Assembly (NCBI GenBank): GCA_963668645.2
Contig: CAXXWC010000018.1
Location: 288,001-352,000, forward strand
DNA from: Desulfobacterales bacterium
GTDB taxonomy: Bacteria; Desulfobacterota; Desulfobacteria; Desulfobacterales; UBA2174
Direction: 5' to 3'
Length of the DNA stretch: 64,000 nt
Made by a program: the position numbers and the translations under genes. Below the pieces are notes generated by a model, which was not told the origin of the DNA, made no database searches, and worked only from the letters and a program-made list of their open reading frames with translations. This document shows, piece by piece, positions 1 to 8,414 of this stretch (positions are counted from its first letter, which is position 1; each line of letters starts with the position of its first letter).

Positions 1-861
1 GGAGAGCGTGTGGATTTTTTCTTTCGGTTTTATTGTTGCGGCATAACCGGCAATGCCGTTGGAATCCAGACCTTCGCTCAACTCACAGGCCAAAGGATGA
101 TCGCTCTCTAAACGGACTTCGACGGCATGTTGGAACCGACGCTTTAATTCTGGTAGTAAATCTTCATCGCTCATGCCTTCCCACTGTGCATCATCCGCAA
201 GTTTCCAGTACGGATCTGTAATGATAGTCCCTTTGGAATCTACTTCCATAACATGCCCGGCCGGTACCAATTCCAACCCCTCATACGCTGTTGCGACAGG
301 GTCTGAGCCCAAATTCCATAACTGCTTAACCAGCCAGGACTCTTTCAGTTGTTTCTGAAGCCAGCCGGACGTAAAAAAAGCATTCGGTTCATTGGAGATC
401 ATAACCCCTTTGTCGGTGCGACTGTAAAGCAGCAGCTTTACCCCGAAGTGGTCTCTCGCGCAAAACAGTTTTTGGTTCATCTCGTCCCAGATGATGAATG
501 CAAAATCACCCAATAAATATTCAGGACACGCTTTGCCCCATTGCCGATATGCATGTAAAATCAGTTCCCCATCGGTAATTGTTGCATTATTCAGGTTTAA
601 TTGCCGCAGTAGTTGCGCACGGTTGTCCAAACGGGCATTGGCACAGATCAGCGCCCCCGTTTGACGGTCCGTACAAACATGATCTTTTTTAGAAAGGGCT
701 GTATTAAACAGGTTCGCTTTGGCAAGACGGCATGTATTGTTCCTGTTTCCGACCTGACTGACGGCATCGGGCTTCCAATAGCCGGATGCTTTAAGCATGT
801 CGGACATGATATCCTCGTTAAAAGGTACTTTAGGCTGAAAGCAGCAATGAATGGTACTCAT
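1..861 (-). CDS. Lasso peptide cyclase (asparagine synthetase-like, C protein), N-terminal part; runs off window start
   Basis: Not in ORF track. Manual translation from ATG 861: MSTIHCCFQP...ANARLDNRAQLL...DGELILHAYRQWGKACPEYLLGDFAFIIWD...CARDHFGVK...ACELSEGLDSNGIA (AsnB-like fold with SxGLDS ATP-binding motif). ATGA overlap with the stop of the upstream ATP-grasp gene. Confidence 0.9.
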   Translation of the reverse strand, partial: MSTIHCCFQPKVPFNEDIMSDMLKASGYWKPDAVSQVGNRNNTCRLAKANLFNTALSKKDHVCTDRQTGALICANARLDNRAQLLRQLNLNNATITDGELILHAYRQWGKACPEYLLGDFAFIIWDEMNQKLFCARDHFGVKLLLYSRTDKGVMISNEPNAFFTSGWLQKQLKESWLVKQLWNLGSDPVATAYEGLELVPAGHVMEVDSKGTIITDPYWKLADDAQWEGMSDEDLLPELKRRFQHAVEVRLESDHPLACELSEGLDSNGIAGYAATIKPKEKIHTLS

Positions 862-2129
862 AATCTCTGATTCTTTTTGCTTTCGAAAATGTCCTGTCTG
901 GCGTATGATATGTGAGCAGGCATAAGAACCGGCCCATTTAACTGGTGTGGGGCAACTCCCCAATTAATATTGCCTTCAATAAGCCGCACGCCCTCCGGCG
1001 TAACTGCCAGGTCCCAGCCGATGCTGAACAGATCGGGGAAAACAGCGTGCGCTTTTTGTGCTATCTCCACCAATTCTTGCCAGTGTACAACCAGATGTCC
1101 GGGAACATGTTCGAACCTCGGTTCAATCTCTCTTTTTATGGTAACCGGTTTTTCTTTTAACGCCAGTATTGTCCCGTTTTGCAGGTCAACAGGAAGCGGA
1201 TAAACGTATCCGGAGCTGTCGTTTACAGGAAATTCAGCAATGGCCGAAATGGGTAGCGCCTTATTTCCTGACCAAACCGTTATCACCCGAAAGGTTATCA
1301 GGCTATGAAACTCCGAAAGCCTTTGCATATCGGGATGGTTAAGCAGAAGCGGTTGTACCAGGTAGTCCTGTTTTTCAGTCAATGATTGGAAAAAAGAAAT
1401 AATTTCTCCCCTGCTGTCTACCGTATTATCTTCATCAACAAACAGAGAATAACTGTCTGTTGATGAATGATATTCCAATTCGTAAGCTCCGATTTTCCGG
1501 CTGCCACACAAGGGCTTCAGAAATAACGATGTCTGCTGGAACAGTTGCCCTTGGGTGATCCGACTCCCTTTACGAATAACAATTCCATCAATAACGGGGA
1601 GACCTTGTTTCCGCATGTCCTGTGCAAAGGCCGCCTTATCGGATAAAAGATTCGCCGTTTTTGGGCTCAGGTCAGGAGACATGACACGATGCCAGTTGGG
1701 GAGCTCATGGGTATAGATAAAGTTGAGCCACTCCAATGTTGTATAACGATAAAGCCGGTAGCGGTAATAAAAGCCCGGCGGTGTTGTTTGCAGGAAAACC
1801 AGTTTCAGTAAATCAACAAATTGCTTGTTGCGCGGTATGCCGGTTTTTTCCTGTAAAACAGGGCTGAGTCTTTTCCATACCCTCAAAAGTTGTATCCACC
1901 CCTGAAAAGCAAACCACTTTGTATAGCTGAACAAGGAAACAATATACCATACGGCTCGCGGTTTACCGGGGAAAGCATGTAAAAAAACCAACTTGTGCAA
2001 TCGGACAGCAACATTTTGTCCGGGCAATAGAAAACGCCAGCTTAAAATCGCATAAGGAACAGGATGCCTAAGGATCTGGTTTAGACGATTTTTAAGATTC
2101 AATACGTTAGTAATCAGTCCTGCAAACAA
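858..2129 (-). CDS. ATP-grasp ligase (sugar-transfer-associated ATP-grasp / alpha-L-glutamate ligase-like)
   Basis: Motifs LSDKAAF, LFLKPLCGSRKIG, YLVQPLL.NHP, TFRVIT, SIGWDLAVTPEGVRLIEGNINWG. Start codon uncertain. Confidence 0.8.
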   Translation of the reverse strand: MFAGLITNVLNLKNRLNQILRHPVPYAILSWRFLLPGQNVAVRLHKLVFLHAFPGKPRAVWYIVSLFSYTKWFAFQGWIQLLRVWKRLSPVLQEKTGIPRNKQFVDLLKLVFLQTTPPGFYYRYRLYRYTTLEWLNFIYTHELPNWHRVMSPDLSPKTANLLSDKAAFAQDMRKQGLPVIDGIVIRKGSRITQGQLFQQTSLFLKPLCGSRKIGAYELEYHSSTDSYSLFVDEDNTVDSRGEIISFFQSLTEKQDYLVQPLLLNHPDMQRLSEFHSLITFRVITVWSGNKALPISAIAEFPVNDSSGYVYPLPVDLQNGTILALKEKPVTIKREIEPRFEHVPGHLVVHWQELVEIAQKAHAVFPDLFSIGWDLAVTPEGVRLIEGNINWGVAPHQLNGPVLMPAHISYARQDIFESKKNQRL

Positions 2130-2141
2130 AACTATCGTCTA

Positions 2142-2291
2142 CTATGAAGGTCCAAACGTAGTTAGACCGCTTGCACTCTCAGCCGCAGTAACGTTTTTTG
2201 CTTCTGTTCTCGATTCTACATCCAGATCAATAATTTCGGGTGTTTGCCAGGCTTTTTTAGCTTTCACAGGAATCCGTTCTTCGTTTTCCAT
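2142..2291 (-). CDS. Lasso peptide precursor (A), 49 aa: MENEERIPVKAKKAWQTPEIIDLDVESRTE-AKNVTAAESASGLTTFGPS
   Basis: Manual translation. AAGGAG RBS, WxxPxI leader motif, Thr at -2, core Ala1 with Glu8 acceptor, C-terminal Ser, tandem TAG TAG stops. Lies between the RRE and ATP-grasp/cyclase genes. Confidence 0.9.
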   Translation of the reverse strand: MENEERIPVKAKKAWQTPEIIDLDVESRTEAKNVTAAESASGLTTFGPS

Positions 2292-2388
2292 AATCGATCT
2301 CCTTTCAAAAAAATGAATGATGAAGGGACATCACACATCCCTCGAATAAAATATATCGGCCTAAAGTCATCTTTCCCAGGATATAACC

Positions 2389-2664
2389 CTAAACCTCCAC
2401 CTCGTATTTCTGGACAATGTCACACTTCACGGCCTTGTCCAGAAAGTCCCGGACCTCGCTTGTGCACTGCGCCTCGGTCACGTCGAATTCAGACATCAGG
2501 TTCTGTGTGATCTCCGGAAAACTTTTGGGTTCTTTAATCAGTTCCCATATTCGTTTCCCGACCGGATTCAGGCCGAAGTATTTCCCCTTTTCAATGTGCA
2601 TCATCACCTGGTTGTCGTCCAGTTCGCCGTCGATGATCTGTTCGTTTCGTCTGTATTTTTCCAT
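2389..2664 (-). CDS. PqqD-family RiPP recognition element (lasso B1)
   Basis: 91 aa with GKYFGLNPVGKRIWELI and FDVTEAQCTSEVRDFL, typical of lasso B1/PqqD. Confidence 0.92.
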   Translation of the reverse strand: MEKYRRNEQIIDGELDDNQVMMHIEKGKYFGLNPVGKRIWELIKEPKSFPEITQNLMSEFDVTEAQCTSEVRDFLDKAVKCDIVQKYEVEV

Positions 2665-2684
2665 ATCAATGGAATCCCTTTCAA

Positions 2685-3545
2685 TTATACGGTCAATTTC
2701 CCGTGGCTGTCCCTATAGCCAAACGCTTGCATGGTGTCGCCATGGTATGCCACAATTCTTTGTACCTGTTCTTCCGAAAGGTAATCCCGGTAGTTGCCGA
2801 TTTTGCCTTTCCAGAAAAAGTGATTGCTTTGTTGCAGCCGTTCCCTGAAACCATCGGTTTGTTCCATCTGCTGCAATTGTTTAAAATCGCTGTGCCGGAT
2901 GGCTCGTTCGAGCTGTTTTTCATCATATGCCAGCCCCAGGAAACGGACAATTCCGCCAAAGGTTTCCACGGGTTTTTGAATCATGTCTTCGTACAGGGTC
3001 ACATGAACCGGTATTTGTGATTGTGTTTTCCAGCTCTGCACGTGACTTTTCCACGACAATAGTTTCTGACGAAGCTGCCCACCCCTTTTTCCCGCTAACG
3101 ATGCCTCTTCATTGAGCAAAAGCGAAACCGTCTTCTCGATATTTTTGGCGCCGTGATTGGCGTAGGACACACACACATCCAAGGGATTTCGCACGAAATA
3201 AACGGCACATTTGCTCACCTCCTCCGGAAAGAGCGGGTCTCCGTTGAGGTTCAGGGTATACGCGTCGTGTACTTTTTTATAGAGAATTTCCCCGTTTTTC
3301 TCGGCTTCCTTGGACAGCGTACGGTACAGATCGGGTCGATACAGGTCGGCTTCATCGGCCTGGAGTTCAAAAGGGTTCAGCCCGATCTGTTCCTCGAAAT
3401 CGACGGAACTGCTGGCAATCGGGGTGGATTCGATCTCGTCTAAAGAGACCGGCGTTGCACTCTTGTTCCGGTAATTGGCCAGGAACATGCGAAACCAGGT
3501 ATTGCCCGATTTCGGATAGGAAGCCAGCCAGACGATATTTTTCAT
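2685..3545 (-). CDS. PAPS-dependent sulfotransferase
   Basis: 5'-PSB motif WLASYPKSGNTW, 3'-PB motif VRNPLDVCVS, C-terminal FFWKGKIG. Confidence 0.9.
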   Translation of the reverse strand: MKNIVWLASYPKSGNTWFRMFLANYRNKSATPVSLDEIESTPIASSSVDFEEQIGLNPFELQADEADLYRPDLYRTLSKEAEKNGEILYKKVHDAYTLNLNGDPLFPEEVSKCAVYFVRNPLDVCVSYANHGAKNIEKTVSLLLNEEASLAGKRGGQLRQKLLSWKSHVQSWKTQSQIPVHVTLYEDMIQKPVETFGGIVRFLGLAYDEKQLERAIRHSDFKQLQQMEQTDGFRERLQQSNHFFWKGKIGNYRDYLSEEQVQRIVAYHGDTMQAFGYRDSHGKLTV

Positions 3546-4375
3546 AAAGCCATCTCTTTTTCAATAAAACGCCTGGTTTCACGAATATCACAGATTCGGG
3601 GCCTGGTCATGCGGATAACCCGCACGTTGGCGGCCAGGGCGAACAATTGCCTGAAGTAGGTCTTTTCCGTTTCAGGCATGCCCCGCAGATAAACTCTCCG
3701 GTACACCTGGCGACGCAGGGCATTGTATTTTGCCATGCCATCGAGTTCCGTTGCCTGAAACTCGTCTTGATTGTGAACGCACAGGATAAAGATATAATCC
3801 AGGGGATGTTCCGATGTCGCTCTATCTTCCACGGGCAGGTAGAATTTATCCATGCCCGGCCGTATCCTCTGCAAAGGTTCGGAATCGATCTCAAACGTCC
3901 GGAGCGAATCATCCCAGAGCTTGATCCGTGTCTTGAGGGGGAGGATCGTTGTGTTTGAATCTGAAACAGCGACAGGGGTGATATCGTCGTTTATGAAAAC
4001 AGCGTCTTGCTGGCAAAAAGCAGCAGTGACAGACGATTTTCCCACACCTGAATGCCCGCAAACCATAACGCCTTTGCCTTGATACGCAAAGGAACTGCCA
4101 TGAAACGGAAGCATTCCCCGTTGATGCAGGATGGCGCCCAAGGCCGATCCCTCCAGAAAAAGCTCAATGGACGCCTGGTCCACGCCTTCATAAGGACATA
4201 TCGAGACCTGCCGTCCGTTTTGCACACGGTAACGGGCGACATTTTTCACATCCAGGTAAAAATCGGATTCGTTGATTTTGAAATGGGGACGAGAATAAAT
4301 ACAAGGCTCAGTCCCTCCCACCTCCTTTGCCTCTTTTTTCATTTCAATTGTTGTTTGAGGAAGTAAAAAGTTCAT
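3542..4375 (-). CDS. HPr-kinase-like lasso peptide kinase (PadeK/PsmK type)
   Basis: LPFHGS, Walker A GHSGVGKS, FINDD acidic pair, and lasso context. Stop overlaps the sulfotransferase start. Confidence 0.85.
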   Translation of the reverse strand: MNFLLPQTTIEMKKEAKEVGGTEPCIYSRPHFKINESDFYLDVKNVARYRVQNGRQVSICPYEGVDQASIELFLEGSALGAILHQRGMLPFHGSSFAYQGKGVMVCGHSGVGKSSVTAAFCQQDAVFINDDITPVAVSDSNTTILPLKTRIKLWDDSLRTFEIDSEPLQRIRPGMDKFYLPVEDRATSEHPLDYIFILCVHNQDEFQATELDGMAKYNALRRQVYRRVYLRGMPETEKTYFRQLFALAANVRVIRMTRPRICDIRETRRFIEKEMAL

Positions 4376-4672
4376 TTCTATGCTCGGTATTCAGATATAG
4401 AATTTTTACAGCAAGTCAACTGTTTACCGGATCGGTTTGCAGAGTCCGGTGCCTCATAGAGGCATTGTTCGCCATATTTCAAAGAACCACCGATCCGATC
4501 CGGCCCGGACGAAAGCAACCAAGGCACCATCGGCTTAAACCCAGAAAATACTTCTTCTGCTACAAGGCGATGGCTTAAGTTAATACCATTGTATTTAAAC
4601 TAGTTAACTTGTCAATAGGTATTTTATAAACGCTGGTATGCACTTGGCTCCAGTAACTACCATATGTTGTGG

Positions 4673-5430
4673 TTATAGATAATCGAGGTCGTCAAAATTA
4701 TCGTCCTCATCCGTTGCAATGCTTGACCTCAGATCACTGCCACCAATGGGATTTGCCATTGCGGCCTGTTGCACCAACCGGTAAAACAGCTTGCCGCGAT
4801 GTTTTGAGGTTCGACGATTGAAGCGAAATGTAAATTCGTCCAGGTAATAGGAAAGATGCGTCGGCCTTACTGCTCCCTGATAAGTACCCAGCAACCAGCG
4901 CTTCAGCAAAGCTGCCACCAAATGAGGTCGTTTCAATCCTTAGGAAGGCAGAACCTGGCGCTTGCAAGTTCGCCTCTTCCAATCTGCTGTATCCTTTTCA
5001 GTCGTCGGTTTGTACAGTTGTTCCAGGAACAAGGTGAGCCGTGACAAAAGCCGCCAAGCCCTTGGCCGAAGCGTCCTCGGTCAGCCCCAAACGGATACGG
5101 CCGATGCTTTCGCCTGGCCCATTTTCGGCAGCTATTACCACCAAGGATTTTCCTTTGGCGCCTCTTCCAGTGCGTCCAGGCCGAGGCCCTCCGATGTACG
5201 TTTCGTCAACTTGAACGTGCCTCACAAGCAGATCTCGTCCAGGTCTCACCATGGCGCGTCGAAGCTTGGGGAGCCACTCCCGGGCGGTATTGTAGCTTCC
5301 CAACCCAAGAACGCGTTGAATACCCAGAGCATTGGCACCGTACTTTTGATTGGTAACGTACCACATCGCCCGAAACCAGAGCTGAAGTGGTTTGCGGCTT
5401 CGGTGAAAAATGGTGCCCGCTGTTAAAGCT
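4673..5430 (-). pseudogene. IS1595-family (ISXO2-like DDE) transposase, disrupted
   Basis: TAGTIFHRSRKPL, VQVDETYIGG, QTDD* (in-frame stop at 4998-5000), then a frameshifted LLKRWLLGTYQG...YLDEFTFRFNRR. The N-terminal Zn ribbon is missing. Confidence 0.85.
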
Positions 5431-5649
5431 GCATCCATGTCTACTGGCCCTGTGGCGTGGCCACCCATGTACTTGCTCTTTTTCCAGACCACCAAGTCTG
5501 GAACCAACCCGGCAACGGCCCGGCGGTGCAGGTAGTGACCCATGTCCCGGTAATAGTTTTCTTCTGATGGGATGCTTGAAAACAGTCTGACCAGCCGCAA
5601 ATCCAGCAAGGGCTATCGGTAGTCTGTTTTTCGGGTTGCGGCCATGAGG

Positions 5650-6047
5650 ATCCGAGGATCAATTCAGTATCACAGATCCGCGCGGCCTCTGCGCGGGACA
5701 GATCCAATTTGCCGGCCAATTCATCCCGGTTGTCGATTCTGGCCCAGGCAACCCCATGGGTGTTTGACCCGGTATCATAAAATGGAACCGGCTCCTGCTT
5801 TGAAGGAGCGGTATTCCAGGTGACGCACTGGAACAGCAGAAGATGGTCGTCTTTTCAAATGCCGCTCTTGTCCGGGGCGGCAAAGGGCATCAGGTGTTGG
5901 ATCACATTCCGTTGGTCGACGGAATTGCCCGGGAAACGGAGCTTTGCGGTGAAAACTCAGGAAGAACATGCTGATCTCTTGGCTTGAATCTGTTTCTGGG
6001 TAACCGTCCAGGTGAAATAATCCCACCCGAACGGTTACGATTGACAA
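5650..6047 (-). pseudogene. Degenerate N-terminal fragment of a second lasso cyclase
   Basis: Minus-strand translation PDKSGI*KDDHLLLFQCVTWNTAPSKQEPVPFYDTGSNTHGVAWARIDNRDELAGKLDLSRAEAARICDTELIL aligns by eye to the cyclase at 1-861 (ARLDNRAQLL...DGELIL). Has an internal stop and is truncated. Confidence 0.7.
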
Positions 6048-6097
6048 CCTTTAGAATATTCAGTAGTCGCTTTCAAGTTGTAAATATTTCCCCCAAA

Positions 6098-6283
6098 GAC
6101 GCCTCAAATTTTTTCGATGTCTTTGCCGTTGCCTGGGAGTATGTGATTACTCCCGAAGGCCCTTACCTGCTGGAGGGGAACACCGGCCGGGGCACCCGCA
6201 TGCCGCAGATCATCCAAGGGGGGCTGCTCGGGGAAATACAAAAAGGTATGGGCGCTGCCGGAAAGGCCGTGGCAGGTCACTGA
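6098..6283 (+). pseudogene. C-terminal fragment of a second ATP-grasp ligase
   Basis: VAWEYVITPEGPYLLEGNTG parallels SIGWDLAVTPEGVRLIEGN of 858-2129. The rest of the domain is absent. Confidence 0.7.
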
Positions 6284-6422
6284 AATCTGCGCCATGATGG
6301 CGGCGCGCTATGATGTGGACAGGGATCAGTGTGAACAGGACGTTCTTGCCTTTCTCAACGATCTGGCCTCGGATGACACCATCCGTACGGTTCCGGTTGA
6401 AATTGAGAGTACAAGAACGTAA
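6243..6422 (+). pseudogene. C-terminal half of a second PqqD/RRE
   Basis: Unlisted frame reads KVWALPERPWQVTEICAMMAARYDVDRDQCEQDVLAFLNDLASDDTI, homologous to RIWELIKEPKSFPEITQNLMSEFDVTEAQCTSEVRDFL. No N-terminal half. Confidence 0.75.
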
Positions 6423-6450
6423 GGGGCTCGAGAAAAGGGATCGATTCCAG

Positions 6451-6948
6451 ATGTCCTCCAAAAATATTCAGAGGCTTTGGGCCGGCTGGCGGAAGTTCTG
6501 CTCGCGATCTTCAATCCAACAGCGCCTGTTTATAGAGGCATGGCTCTGGCTCGGCCTCAGCCGGCTGGCGATTTTGGTGATTCCTTTTCGTTGGATCGCG
6601 CCCTTTCTGGGTCAAACCATGGTGGAAACGCTATACAGTGCTCCGGCGTCGCCTCTGGCCCTCCAGATATCCTGGGCCGTGCGGGCCGGGAGCCGTTACA
6701 CCCCCTGGGAGAGCAAATGTCTGGCTCAGGCCATGGCCGCCAAGAGGATGCTCAAAAGACGGGGCTTGGATAGTACGCTTTATCTGGGCCTGTCAAAAGA
6801 TGGGAAAAACATGCTGAGCGCCCATGCGTGGCTGCGCTGCGGGGACCGGATTCTTACCGGGGGGCCGATTCACCGGCAGTTTACCCAGGTGGCTGCATTC
6901 GGAGATGCACCGCGACCGAAACGCAAGCCGAACCAGCGGTTAAACTGA
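6451..6948 (+). CDS. Lasso peptide leader peptidase B2 (transglutaminase-like)
   Basis: PWESKCLAQAMA (catalytic Cys), LYLG, AHAWL (catalytic His). Likely start ATG 6451. Confidence 0.92.
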   Translation: MSSKNIQRLWAGWRKFCSRSSIQQRLFIEAWLWLGLSRLAILVIPFRWIAPFLGQTMVETLYSAPASPLALQISWAVRAGSRYTPWESKCLAQAMAAKRMLKRRGLDSTLYLGLSKDGKNMLSAHAWLRCGDRILTGGPIHRQFTQVAAFGDAPRPKRKPNQRLN

Positions 6949-6950
6949 AA

Positions 6951-7136
6951 ATGTGCACTGTATCAAAACCCAAGCACGTATACCATATTTTCGGCCTGAA
7001 CATGGCGTCGGAACTCCCTTTCCTTGACATGCCTCAAACCGCGGGAACCCCGGATGTCGTGGTTCGATATGGCAGAGTGCCTAAAAATATACTGAATGCA
7101 AAGATCAAAGGGGGGCGGTTTTTCCCTCAGCGATAG
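6951..7136 (+). pseudogene. N-terminal fragment of a second lasso HPr-like kinase
   Basis: YHIFGLNMASELPF...PDVVVRYGRVP resembles the N-terminus of lasso-cluster kinases. The frame stops before any P-loop. Confidence 0.65.
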
Positions 7137-7160
7137 CCTGACACGCCAATGGAGTGAGCG

Positions 7161-8414
7161 TTGAAATATGGAAGGATTCCATACCGCCCGACGATGCCTC
7201 CCGGCCTGCGTCTGCTGACCGCCTGCCTGCGGGGGACCCTGGGCCGGGGAGAAGATGCCGAAATCCGTGTTTTGTGCGAGCGCTCTTGTGATTGGGACGG
7301 TTTTATCAAGCTGGTGGAACGACACCGGGTCGTTTCTTCGGTTTATCCGGTCCTGAAGCGAGCTGGGGGAGACGGTGTGCCCCAGGCCGTGCTGGCGGAT
7401 CTCGAAGCCGTCTTCCTGCGAAGCGCACATCTGGCTTTGGGGATGGCCGCGGAGCTGGTTCGGCTCGTGAAGCAGTTTGAGAAAGCGGGTATCCCCGCTC
7501 TCCCGTTCAAGGGGCCGGTGGTTGCGCTTCAGGCGTACGGCCAAGTCGGCTCGCGCCATATGAGGGATCTGGACATCATGGTTGCGCCGGGCCGGGCTCT
7601 GGAGGCCGAGGGCATGCTGCGCGGGCAGGGGTATGAGCGGACTCATCCCGGCTTTGAACTGACGCCCCGGCAGACGTCGGCTTACCTGCGGGGCAACCAT
7701 CATTTCGGGTATGTGCATCGAAAGACCGGGATACGGGTCGAACTGCACTGGCGCTTCGGACAAAACCGGCACCTCTTTCCGTTGCGCTTTGGTGACCTGT
7801 GGCGAAAGCGGCAGGTGCTGCAGCTCGGCGGCGTGGCCGTGCCCGCCCTTTCTTGCACGGATACAATTCTTTTGCTATGCACCCATGGCGCCAATCACCA
7901 CTGGTATAGGCTCTTTTGGCTCAATGATGTGGCCCGGCTCGTTGCCCGGAAGGCAGTGGTCGACTGGCACGGACTCATGGTAGATGCAGACCGGCTGGGC
8001 CTCAGCCGTGTGGTGGCCGAGGGCCTGGTGCTGGGCAATTTTCTGCTGGGAAGCCCGTTGCCAGGGCCGGTACAGGTTTACGCCGCCGCAGACAAAAGCC
8101 TGGAAAGACTCACCGCAATGGCGCTGTATCTGATTTACCGGACGGACGGCCCCTCTTTCAAGCCGTTCACCCGACCCTATGTTTTCGACAAGATGCGCAG
8201 TCTCCTGCTTCGGAAGGACCTGCGCTACCGGCTGGGGGGCTTTGCCGCCATGCTGGGGGCGGACAGGCACTATGAGAACTGGGAGCGGGTCCCTTTGCCC
8301 GACCGCCTCTTTCCTCTCTATTACCTGGTTCGGCCCGTCATGTGGTTTTTCAGATGGTATGTCCTGAAAAGCCGGGTTTATCGGGAAGGCGCCACGGGGC
8401 GGAATATACGATGA
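7161..8414 (+). CDS. Nucleotidyltransferase family protein (NTP_transf_5-like, PsmN type)
   Basis: LPFKGPVVA, RHMRDLDIMV, VELHWR, LCTHGANHHWYRLFWLND. Confidence 0.88.
   Translation: MKYGRIPYRPTMPPGLRLLTACLRGTLGRGEDAEIRVLCERSCDWDGFIKLVERHRVVSSVYPVLKRAGGDGVPQAVLADLEAVFLRSAHLALGMAAELVRLVKQFEKAGIPALPFKGPVVALQAYGQVGSRHMRDLDIMVAPGRALEAEGMLRGQGYERTHPGFELTPRQTSAYLRGNHHFGYVHRKTGIRVELHWRFGQNRHLFPLRFGDLWRKRQVLQLGGVAVPALSCTDTILLLCTHGANHHWYRLFWLNDVARLVARKAVVDWHGLMVDADRLGLSRVVAEGLVLGNFLLGSPLPGPVQVYAAADKSLERLTAMALYLIYRTDGPSFKPFTRPYVFDKMRSLLLRKDLRYRLGGFAAMLGADRHYENWERVPLPDRLFPLYYLVRPVMWFFRWYVLKSRVYREGATGRNIR

Noticed and set aside
4376..4640. Second lasso precursor upstream of the kinase
   Set aside because: No small ORF with a (Y/W)xxP leader and Thr(-2) was found. 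The region looks like promoter DNA.
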